Part shown: piece by piece, positions 37,273 through 49,100 of the stretch
Position numbering within the stretch: position 1 is the first letter of the stretch
Layout of the letters: every line of letters begins with the position of its first letter
Assembly (NCBI GenBank): GCA_000708835.1
Contig: DF237031.1
Location: forward strand, 124,001 to 188,000
From: Klebsormidium nitens
Lineage: Eukaryota; Plantae; Klebsormidiophyceae
Length of the DNA: 64,000 nucleotides
Reading direction: 5' to 3'
Translations under genes and position numbers: made by a program
The notes under the pieces: generated by a model
What the model was told of the DNA's origin: nothing
The model's database searches: none
What the model saw: the letters and a program-made list of their open reading frames with translations, nothing else

Positions 37273-40200
37273 CTATACACGAGAAGACAAGAAATGTACA
37301 ATAGCATTCCAAGCAGGTACAACACTTGTAATGGAAGTTGAACTGCCAGCCGGGCCATGCGCAGCTGACTGAGGATTGAGGGCAGTTTCAGTGGCAGCCG
37401 TTTCGTGTCGATGCATCGATTTGCATGGAAGGGGACGTTCCAGCCTGAGGGGCCGCAAATACTGCGTACTGTTATGCCAGCACTGGCCCGTGACCGTCCC
37501 CGGTCATGCATGACGCCAGCTAGGACTCCATGCAGCGGTACGGGTCCGTCACGTTGATACTCATTGAGATATACCGTACTATAAGGCGATCCTGATTGCT
37601 GTTGATTGATTGCAATATATGTCACTCACTAGCTGATCTTTGAAGTTGGCAATGGCGTGACCAGAACTAGCGCGGTTGCGCAAGCAATGCCATGATATGC
37701 CCCTCTCGCAATCCATGACGGACACGGGCGGACGGTCTGCATGGGTTGGTTTTTATGTCACAAATCGAAACGCAATGATCTTGATGATTTGATCCCAAGC
37801 GCGCTGCGCCAGGACGCATACACTGTGTGCTAACTCATGCATGCAACGAGAAATCCGGCCCATGGGCATTTGCTATTCTAGTCAGTCTGCATCCAATACG
37901 ATCGCGATCGCCGGTTCATTCATGCACAATTACTGAGTAAGCGACAAAACCGGTAATCAGCTAGCCCGACGTTGATCGGTCGATCCAGCACATGCGACCA
38001 TTGACCTCATGCCCCACCATGTGCTTCAGGCAATTGTAATCTTAGCCTACCTGGACTTCCGACGACCTGAGCTAGATAAGCTCATTGATCAATAGAATCT
38101 TTGCACGCCACGTGACCTGATTGGCAAGAGGCCGTTGATTTCGATTTGCTGAAATGTGTACGTACGGTATCGTCCATGAAAAATCAAGTGCGTCGGAGTC
38201 ACTTTGAGTGCATGGACAGGCTCCGACATGTATCATTGGGCCAGAATACTGATTCAACGTCCAGCCGCCCAAGTCTGCACATGGGAAAGGAAGCAGATAC
38301 GACAACCCTGTTTAACCAGCAAGCAGACTCTCACGGGATGCTCCAATTCTGAGAGATCGTGATATCCTAAACTGGTTGGGAACTGGAGGTCACCGCTCGA
38401 GCAGTTCAGCTCTTGCGACCAAAAAGGCTGAATCAAAGCCCAGACGCTAGCAATCGAGTTGACAACGACTAAGAGTATGCAAATACAGGAATTGCAGAGG
38501 CACCGTGCAATCAAGCAGCCTGCCACCTCGAAACGTGGGTTGGTCTATCAACGGTCTAGCCTTTTTTATATATATATACTTCTTTAAAAAAAAAGGCCGC
38601 AGCGGTGAAGCCATGGACGCGGCTCTTCAACATGGGTGTGCGTTACAGGTAGAACTAAAAGCGCGGTATCCTGGGCGACTCGCTTCCCAACAACCTGATA
38701 ACCTCAGGTGAACGAACGCCGGAGCTTCAAACAGAAACTCCGAATTCAATGTACATACTGCCTGGGGGACAACGGGACAGGGGCGGAATGCACGGCGGAA
38801 GAGTTGCGAGAGTTTACCCGCATTTGGAAGCTTCTCGAAGTAGTGTTCTTCTCGAAGTTTTTCTCCGTTGAAGAACTGATCAGCTCGATTCTCGGCGCCG
38901 AAGTTTGATTTAAGGGAAATCAAGGGCCCGGTTCGGTGTCAGACAACGACTCCCTTGAATCAAAGAGCCAGCGTTGGGCTTGTCATCTTGGTCACTGCTC
39001 ACGTAAGTTGGCTTCATCTTTGAGTCAATCAAGAGCTCGTAGAATGTAAAGCGCTCCGAATCGTCCTCATTCTGTCACTTTCTGAAAGGCGTCGAGAGAT
39101 TCAAAAAGATCCAGTATGAATCAGGATCCTTGTCCTTGCTTCGTGAAGCGCAGATTGGGTCAAAAGTTTGTTTGTCCTGAGTAACTCTCCAGCCGTCATC
39201 GGCGGCTTTCGTGGTCCACAAGCGCACCGCCAGGGAGGCTGACATCGAAACTTCGCCGACGCAAGAGAAGCAGAAACAGTGTCCTTTAAAAGTGAGTGCT
39301 CAGCGGTTTGATTGTCAATCTTGTCAATGTATTAATGCCTGTTAGGTCCTCGGTTGCCTCAAACACGGTTAAAGCTTCAGCGGAGTTGCTTGAACACCGA
39401 AAGGAGGAAACCACAGTTAATCAAGCCTCGTTATAGTGGTTTAGTGGCCCTTCCATCAGATGGGACTGGTTGCGTGCTGTTCAGCACCCGTTAGCCAGGT
39501 CCGGTAATAGGGGGGAAACCAAAGTTGACCTGGGGAGGAAGAAAGAAGAGAGCACCTCAGACTCTTTCCCGGGTGAGCAGATCACATTGCCTCGCTCTTA
39601 TCCACAGATTAAACGACTTTTGCATTGCTTGAAAGAAAAGAAGGCAAACTTTCTGAGAACGACCGAATGTTAGCAAAGATAGGAAATCCGAGGCTTCTAA
39701 GGAAGGTCCCTCACGTTGAGTAACAAAATCTCGGGCCGGCAGTCTGTTGCTTGAACAAACGACACGCAAACAAATAATGGAAAAAAAAGAAGGTGGCACC
39801 AGGTTCAACAACAGGCTTCGACTTGATCAAAAGTTCTTTGATCAAAAACTAATTCAAACTTTCATCCACAAAAGCGAGGAACACAGCTCTGAGAGTGATT
39901 CTTTGAACAAAACTGTCATTGAATATCTGGCAAGGAAAGATTAAGAGAGTACCAGATGCGTCTTTCTGCCTGCAGCCATGGCGTCTAAAGAAAGGCTGCC
40001 AGAAGAAAACGTCAAACAAGCCACTGGAACTAAGCACGAGGAGAGAAAGCTCAGGAGCAGGCCGAAACTCAGGGGTCTGAAAACTTTGACGTCATCATAT
40101 GCCATAGATTGTCAATTGTGACGCAACCCAACACCAAACTACGTCCCTAAAGCCAAAGTACAAGCAGAAACCCGTTTCTAAGTGACTTCAAGCTGGCTTT

Positions 40201-40719
40201 CTGCTAGCGAACCCGCCTTCGCTCAAAGGGATATGACTAGTCAATATCAGACCAACACTAAATTAACATTAAGGGCTACAGCTAACCCTGGGTAGAAGCT
40301 AGGGACTCACGCCTTCCTCACAAGCGCGGAACGCATGCTCCAACTGCCAGCGACTAGGCCATTAGGAAAGCTGTTTCCCCGACCAAAGCGAAGGATAGAG
40401 GCAAGTTGTGGGACTGACATTCACTTGCCAGAGTCTGAGGTGCTCACCTAGCCTTTGATCAGATGCAACGTCTTTGACCAGGAACCGCCATATGCAAAGG
40501 CACCATATTTATGAAGCGCCCTGGTTGTTGAGGTTTGGCTCCTCAGCGATATCGTGCGCTGGCTGTAGAAAGTGCCACTAAAGAGCAGGATAAAGAAACA
40601 CACGAGCGCAGTATAGCAAAGCTCACGGGTCAAAATGGTGAGAGGTTTGCGCTGTTGTTCCTTAAGTTAGCAGCCAAGTAGTGCTGCATTCTGCTGCGCT
40701 CTTTTGCTGAGCTAGCTTC

Positions 40720-40820
40720 TGAGCGGGCGCGCGATTTGCGTTGAAAAGCGCCGGTGGCGGCCCCCGCGGCCGCCCCGAGCCAGGGGAGGGGTTCGCGAGA
40801 GGTTTAAGAGAAAAAAAAGA
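40720..40820. promoter_or_regulatory. GC/CpG-rich island, candidate (bidirectional) transcription start region
   Basis: gagcgggcgcgcgatttgcgttgaaaagcgccggtggcggcccccgcggccgccccgagccaggggagggg sits in otherwise CpG-poor non-coding DNA, upstream of the bromodomain gene (+) and of splice-like signals on the - strand. Confidence 0.35.
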
Positions 40821-43185
40821 TGTGTGAATATTCCGGGTGGAGCTTGCATGGACGGTCGGAATCTTTCCTTGTGAGTCTGCAAGCTACATCGACGGCTAAA
40901 ATAGGTTTGACACCCAGTAGAAACTAGGTGTGGGAAACTTGTTGCCCCTGAATCAGGGGGGTTCCCGGTTCAATTGAAGGTTCTTCACTCACTGAGTCAC
41001 TGAAATTTCCTTCAGAAATTTTCCTATGCCAAATGGCTTATGGCCGTCTTCAGGCATCCAACACATTGCATTGTATGTAGCTCAGATAGCTGTGAAAGTT
41101 TAGCCAGAAAGAAGAGCCACCAAGGATCTAGGACGAAAGAACAGCTGGGGACGGGGCAAAAAGAAGAAGAAAGAAGTAGAAGCAGGATGATACAACAGAG
41201 TTCTCTTGACTAAGCTTCGGAGAAAGCCTGGGGTTATTGAGTTGGTCTGAAATCTCCAGTTGAAGGTGAGATGCTCATTAGCAATATTCTGTTCCCGGGT
41301 TGAGGCTGTCCTGTTGTCGCCCATTTTCGTCATTGTTTCAAGCACACACGGAGGGTAAGCTTTTTGCAGGCAAAAGTGCGATACTGCAATGGGGGTCTGG
41401 GGGGTGCGCTTTAAGCTTGTAGGCATTCAAACACCAATCTATAGCGCCAGACGAGGGACAAAGATCCCGCCAACAAGGACGGACACTTGAAGTTAGAAGT
41501 TAGAGAGATTCCAAGTATCAAAAAGGCAAAAGGGACAGCCCGCACCTCTCCCTTCGATAAAGCCTTCAAGCATCTTGAGCATGTTGATCCGAAAATTTAG
41601 GGTATCCGCATTTTTCTTGCAAAGTTCACGTTATTCTCTGAGTTTGAGTGCGACATAGTGGTCAACTGATCTGCCAGGGTGCGCCCCAGTTTCACTTTCT
41701 AGTATACTTCTCCTTCCCATAGCGTTGCTCTTGGCTGAAGAAAAAAGTTTTTTTTTCTTCACTACTTGGGCGACCGCCCACGGCTTTGCTCTACGAATCG
41801 TGACAAGTCAGGAATAACACCGCTAGAATGTCTCAACTCGTTTGCACAAAGCAATTGCTCAAGCCAGGGCACTATCTGAAATTTACCCTGCCTTCTTAGC
41901 TAGAATTGTTGTTGTGAAGCTTCAGCTTTTCAAAGCTTCCATTGACTCATGAAAGCGTTCTCTGGTCCTGTCATTGAAGTCTCCTGTGTTTTTATGCTTT
42001 CAATGCCAGGGGGCAAAGATGTACGTCCCTACTCACGCCGCGAAGCGCTGTCACATCAAAAGGCCATTTTGTCAAAAGCTTTACGTCTTCACACGTTGCT
42101 TTCTCATTTCCAGCCACCACCAGTGTTCGTTCAGCAATGTTTCTTCAGCTGCTAGGTATGAGAAGCGCCGACCTGTTGGGCTAAAGAAAAATGTTGATGC
42201 ACGGCAACTTATGCAATGTCTTCTCGCAAGTAACTTACAAACAACACCTTCGGTTCCTATTCCTTGGCTATATGCACGCACAGTTACTACGCAGCCGAAT
42301 AGCCCGCATGATGGCTGAAACACTTTTGGTTTAGCACCTTATGAGCTTTCATTTTCTCATTGGGAGGTTTTTTCTATCACTTTCGAAAAGGCGCCTTAAG
42401 TGGGGCCTGTATTCTATTACCTCCAAAATAGGCTACGGCAATCTCGCTTCCCATTACTTTCCTAGGCACTTTGACTGGTCTGGCAATCGGCGATTTGCCG
42501 TTCTTATGTTGAAAGAGACCCACAACATCTCCCCACTATCTCTCTACATATCTCGTTAGCCTCCCCTTCTGCGTGTGAAGCCCTTTGACTCCTTCTACCC
42601 AATGGTGATATTCTAATATCCATATGCCACATTTTCCCCATCTGGGCAGCTTGCAGACGTTCCCTGGTCCACATATTGGTTGATCACGAAAGCCACAGAG
42701 TGTTGTAATCTGTCAAAAGAACACCATTCCAGGCAGCCTTTCTGGATTTATTTAGAAGCATGTAGACTGTCGGGCAAAGCTGATGCTGTCTACTCCTCTT
42801 TATGTCTTCCTCCTTCTACGGCAACGGTCCATACTCTGAACTTGCGCTGCCACTGATTCATGTAAGTACCTTCTTTGAAAGCTTACCGAACTTCCGTGTC
42901 TGCAGGTTCGCTGTAGACGCGCCTCTGAATAAGGGTAGAGCGTATTTTAACCTTCCCAAGAGAGCACTTGACGTTCCTCCCTCAAGAACGCCTAAGCGGC
43001 AGATTGCCGACCATTCAAGCCTTTGGCAGAAGCCCCTCTTCTAGGTCGAGTTTGCCTCCTTTAGGTCGATTTCGTCGAGGTCTCTTGGAGAATCTTTATA
43101 GGCTTCGTGTCGAGTCGGATCGAATCCTTGGAGTCAGACGAACTTCGTTGGAAAAATTTGGGTAGAGCGCACGGGCGTCTCATGG

Positions 43186-46100
43186 ATGTTGCCTGGGGGG
43201 GGCATGGCTAAGGGCCTCCGCGAGTTACTGATGGAGCCGCCAGTTGTAAACGGACCCCCTGCCTGGACGCTGCAAGAGGAGCTTCTGCTGGCGCACGCTG
43301 TCATGCGCTATGGCACCGACGACTGGAAGTTGGTTGCGCAGACGCTGGAGGGGAGGGCGCCGCTGCACGGGTTTGGAGGCCGGTTCTCCCCTGAGGTGAG
43401 GCTAATTCTGAAACATTTTCTGGGCTTGGGGTTTTCTCACGAACCGCGCGTTTTTCTTGAGACTAGTGGCGGAGATGCTGGAGAAGAGGGTGCTGCCAGG
43501 GAACGTCGGGGGCCGCTTTTTTCCGGAGGTGAGCCGGCATGACGGAAGCAAGGTACTAAGAAACCGTGCGGGTTTAAAGCCTACCAGTAATTGATTCCTT
43601 TGCGGTGGGTGTGGACAAACAAGATTTCAAAGTGACGGGGTCTGAAGCCTCAAACTCTATTCTTCAGCTATGCGAATCCCAGTTTGGGTTGCTGACTTTT
43701 TGTTCGGTACTGTTGCGGACGGACAGGGAGATATAGCGGGGACTTTCTTTTTTCTCCTCGCGACAACCTCTTCGTTGACCCCGTTCTCCGAAGGCTAGTT
43801 GTTGACAGAACGTAGCCCAAAAAGTATTCAAGTGCTCACAACCGGAGCGCGTTCTTTTCACAGCTTTGCGAAGCCCAGTTCGGGATGCTTCACGCTCGAC
43901 GCGGGGCTCTAGCGGTGGGGCCCGATGGCACAGCGGGCATCTCCCCATCCTCTGATGCACTATCATTCACATATTTGCGGTCTAAGATTAGTAAAGTCCG
44001 CAGTTCAATCGATAACTAGACTGCGATTTTCTTACAGCTTTGCGAAGCCCACTTCGGGCTGCTCCACGCTCGGTGCGGCGCTCTCGCGGCAGGGCCCGAC
44101 GGCATAGCGGGGAGCATCTCGTCATATCTGAGGGCGCAGCGGTTGGCTGAGTTGCGAAATGGGCTGGCCGTGAGAGAAGACTCCATCAGGTGAGGGGCTC
44201 TGAGTTCTAACACATTGAGTGCTAAATCAGCGGGACGGATCCAAACCTTGCTTTTTGGGTTGGCAGTGTTCTGAAGAGATATTTTGTTGGGCTGGGAGCC
44301 TTTTGGCTTTGACTATTTTGGAAGTCTGAAAGACAGGTTGAGGACTTCTTGAAATTAAGACACTCGAACGAACGTGCTTTCAAGCTGCGTGCCTTCTGGA
44401 CATTCAGTTTCTAAGTTTCTGATGTTGCCCGACCCAGAGTTCTTGAAACATCACCAGTCTTGTCTGCGGACACCTGTCCAGAATCTGTAGCTCTCGATTA
44501 TCGAGCAAGAAAACAAACGCAGAGAGTTCTGTCGAAGAGGGACACAAGCATATTGTGACGATCTGACGCCCTCCTTTTTGTGCAGCTTGCTCAAGGTCAA
44601 GATCCAGTCCCTCGAGAGCGCGCGCCTGACCCTCCGGTCCCAGCGACCCAAAGCTGACGTCATCCCCCATCACTTTTCTGCAAACTCGCTACCCCCGCAG
44701 CAGCCACTTCCGGAGGCAACAGCCCAAAGCCTTCCATTACACACAGACGGCAACGCTTCCGAGGGGGCGGCAACGGTTTGTCCCGCAGCCGAGGCGAACG
44801 GTTTCGAAACTGACACCTCTAGTTGGGGGGTAACGAGGCCGCCCCTTCCGAGTACCCCCCAAAACGGAAGCGACCAGTCCGCGCAATGGGGCGCGGGGAT
44901 CCCTCTGGCTGGGCGACTTTTAGCGCCAACGCTGAGTCAGGAGATGGCCAGCTGGCTAGCGAGCGGCGCCGCCCCTCTGTTTGCGGACGACGGGACTGTA
45001 ACGGCAACGTCCGAACACAGCAGAGAAGGGTCCGAAGCGTCCGATAACGTTCCGGGGGGGAGATCGCCGCCGGGCTTGAACCTCGACGTCGAGGAGCATT
45101 CCACAGCCGAAGCGGGCGCCGCTGACGTCATCGATGACGTGGCGGTGACGGCGGTGCGAGGAGTGGGGGCGGGAGAGAAGGGCGGCGTTGCTGCTGTCGT
45201 CAGCCCGACGGTCACGCCGACGTCGCTGCTCGAGGCGCACGCGGTGGAGGCTTTGCGGGAAGAAGGACAAGGGGAAAAGGGGACTGGCGATGAAGCTGTG
45301 CGGGTTGAGAACGAGAGGGGGAACAAATTGGACGTGGAGAAAGTGGGCGAGAACGAGGGCGGGGAGGAAACAGGCAAAGCTGGGAACGAGGGTGGGGAGG
45401 AAAAGGACGTGTTGGCGACTGAGGAAGGCGAAAGGGTTGGGAAGGTAGAGAACGAGGAGGGGGAGCCGGGAGTGGCTTTGGGTGTTGAAGGTGGAAAAAA
45501 CGACGGTGCGGTGTCTGGGGTTCCGGAGAAAGCAGAGAAAGAGGGGGAGGTTCCCGTTGCGAACTTCGAAGATTCGCGGGGGCAAGAGCCGGACGCTTTT
45601 GCAGTCCGATCGGAAGAGCACGGAACGGAAGGACGCACCGAAGAAGTCAAGGGAGGGGAGAGCGATTCGAAGCCCGAGAAAGCCGAGACGGAGGAGTTGG
45701 GAGAGAAGCCGGACGAACTTTCCGTCGAGAGGAGGAGAGACGGCGTGTTGGAAGGGTTAGTTGAGAAGCCGTCTTCTGTCAATGAAGAAGCACAACCGCG
45801 GCAAGGGCCGCGCTCTCCGTTGGAACGAGCGGAGCTTCCGGCGGAACAAACTGACGGTACAGCGGAGGTCTCGAAAGTAGCTGTAGAGGGGGCTGAACGG
45901 ACGGGTGAAATAGCACGAGTGACCGAAGAAACGGCAAAAGAGGCGCCGGAAGTGGCAGGCAATCCTTCGGTTACGGAAAAAGGACGAGAAGCAGGGGGGA
46001 GCGCTGTTGAGGACGGAAATGAAAACGGTAACGGACCGGGGGGCAAACCGGTGGCAGCCGCGCATGAACAGCCCCCTGCAGAAGCGTTTGACTTGGAACT

Positions 46101-49100
46101 GGAACTAGAACGAGAGGATTCGGAGGGCGCAGAAGGAACGTGGGAGGCCGCAGAGGAGCCGGCGCGGGCCGAGTCCCCTGACATCGAAGCGCGTTTGGAG
46201 CAGTGGCTCCGGTCAAAAATGGAGGAACGGGAACCGGAACCGGAACCGAAAGCGGAACCAGAACCGGAAGCGGAATCGGAACTCGACGTGCTGTTGGGAG
46301 ACAAGTCCGCTAGTCAATCAAACACAGAAGAGGGCGTGCAAGAGCGGCAAAAGGCCGGAGGGTCCGACATCAGGGACGCGGGAAAGGGGGAAACGGACCG
46401 GGGAAGAGCAGAGGGGTCTGAAAACGTCGATATTCCAATGTCGGCTTCGATTCTTGAGGAACTTAAAGCAGACACGCATGATGCGGATGCAATAAGAGAA
46501 GGGGCGGAAGGGGCCGGTCAAGTCGCTGAGCCGGCTGCTGAGTCTTTGGACGAAGAGCGCCCGACGACGTCCGGTGCTCGGGAGGAGCGTCCGAGAGCGT
46601 CCGACGAGCGGCCGATAGTGAACAACGTGGCAGTGCCTGAGGAGCCACTCGCTGGGCTGGAAGATCGTCCGGGTGCTTCCGAGGAGCGTCCGAATGCTTT
46701 TAAAGAGCGTCCGGTCACTTCTGAGGAGCGTCCGGTTGTGGCCGAAGAATTTCCAGTGGCGTCTGAAGAGCGCCCGGTGTTGTCCGAAGAAGCACGTCCA
46801 GCGGCGTTCGAAGAGCGTCCGGTTGCGTTCGAAGGAGAACGTCCAACGGAGTCTGAAGAGCGCCCGTTGTTGTCCGGAGGAGAACGGCCAGCGGCATCTG
46901 CAGAGCGTCCGGTTGTGTCCAAAAGAGGATTCGTAGCGGCGTCCGAAGAGCGTCCGGTGTTGTCCGAAGCTGTTGAGGAAAAGGAGCTAACTCCAGTTGA
47001 GCATAAAGTCGAGACGGGTACTGTGCAACTGGAAGGCAGGGAGGGACTTGGGTTGGAGGAAAGGGATGCCAACTCTGGGGGGGGAGGATTAGGGGACGAT
47101 ACCGAGTTGGTTCAAGAAGAAGCTCGGGAGACGGGAGACGGAGAAGTTGTGGCAAGACCGGCGGAAGACTCCGCACAAGACACGGCTGATTTGTTGTTTG
47201 ATGCGATTGGCGAAGAAGGGGCGGAGGCTACGAAGTCGGAGATCGGCGGTACTATCAAGCAGGTTGGGGGAACAGAGGGGGGCCGAGAAGCTGGAGGCTT
47301 GGTTGCCGGGCCGGAAGGAAGCAGTGCGTCGCTCGAAGATGCTGACGTCAGAGATGGAAATGATGCGGGTTTGTCTGCTGACGTGGCGGAAGACAGAGGC
47401 GGTTTGAGTGGGGACGATTTTGAAGATCCGTCCGAGGCGGTACGACGGGATACTGGGCAGGAACAGGTTCCGGAAAAGGGGGGGTTCCAGAAGAATGTTG
47501 ACGAAGGCCTTAGTACCGGTGTTGAGGTTTCGGGAGGGCTGAGTGGGTTAGAGCTGCCAACGCAAGAGGAAAACCCGCCTTCGGAGTTGGTTTCTGAGAC
47601 GAGATTACCAGAGCAGAGTACAACTGGAATGACGGAGTTGGAAGCGGAGGGGTTGGAAACGAAGCGGAGAGATTCTAGCGCAGGCCCCGCAAGCGCCTCT
47701 CAAGAAGTTGAGCTGGGCCAAATTAGGGGGCCGCAGGAGGTGGGGAAAATTGTAACGGCAGAGGCCCCGCCTCAGCCTTCTGGGGGGGTAGATCAAGGGG
47801 CACCGGCGACCCCCACGCTGCGACTGGTGATGGAAGAAAGCCCGGGGAATGTGGGCAGCCATGACGCGGGTGCGTCTTTGGAAACCCAGAAACCAGACGC
47901 TCTTTCGGAGTTGGAGTTGAACTCGGGAGCCGCCTTTCCCAAGCGGCTGTTCGACGCTCCGCCGCTTCCGCGGCGGGGGCTCGACCTGAACGCCGACGCC
48001 GTGGATGATGTCACAGGGCCGTTCGATGACGTCACGGGTGACGTCATGGGGTTGGGGAAGCCAGTGCTCGATCTGAACCAGGAACCGCAGGAGGCGGCGC
48101 TGCTGAAAGAGGGGGGCGCGCTTGGTGGGGAATTGCGTACTGGGGGGGAAGTTGCGGCTGCGAGCGAAGGGGGGGGAGATGGGGGTGCGGAGTCGGAACG
48201 GGGGGTGATGTACAGTGCGGAAAGCGCCCCCTCTGCTGTGGTTGATCAGTCGGTGGTACAGAGAGTGGTGGCTGACGGGTTTGTCACGGGGGGAGACGGA
48301 GAGGGAGAGGGGACGAGTCCGGTTGTAGGGTTGCGAGAATCGGAGGAGATAGCCGAAGAAGAAATGGGAAGAGGTAGAGCGGAAGTGGAAGGGGTAGAAG
48401 ATGCGCAAAGAAGAGGAACTTCTGAGGCAAATGCAGTCGGAAAATCGGAGGAGAGGGCAGGAGTTCCAGAGGATAGTGCTGGGCAGAGTAGGGCGCGGGG
48501 GACGAGAGTTGGGGAGAAAGCGACGGGGGTTCTGGAAGGCGCTCTTGATGTGAGCGCTTTAGTGGGGACGCCGAAGGAAGACGACATTGTAGGGGAGGAC
48601 GAAGTAAAAAGGGAGGGGGCTTTGACGACGGCGGAAAGCTCGGGAAGCAAACGGAAGTTAGTGGGGGAAGCGGAGGTTGAGAATGCCAAGAGGGTGAGAA
48701 CAGAAATTGCGGAGCCGGGGGTTGGGGTTGGGAGGAAGGAAGCGACGGCGCCGTTCGATCTGAACGCGCCCGTCGCTGACGTCAGCATTGACGCAGGGGA
48801 TGAGGGGATCGCTTCCGTTGCTGACGTCAGCCTCGAGCCAGGGGGTGAGGAGACGGTCGGCGGAGGGGCGCCAGAAGGGGGTCTGGAAATGGGGGGGGTG
48901 ATTGATATTCGGTCGACCTCCGAAGGGCCTACCGAGAGCGAATCGAAGGCGATAGCTGGAGCGAAGGGAAAGGTTTTGAAGGGGACGGCGCTCGCGCGAG
49001 CGGTGAAAGCGCAAAGGGCGGCGGAACGGAAAGCGGCTTTGGAGGCGGAACGGCAAGGTGGCGGGGAGGAAAACGAGGACGGGGAGAAAGTAGAGGAGGT

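Noticed and set aside
38557-38598. gcctttttt...aaaaaaggc hairpin as a terminator
   Set aside because: Eukaryotic context, and a low-complexity A/T stem with a (TA)n loop is easily produced by chance.
40040-40105. Box C/D snoRNA on the minus strand (ATGATGA...CTGA)
   Set aside because: The box spacing is short, there is no terminal stem, and I could recognise no rRNA-complementary guide.
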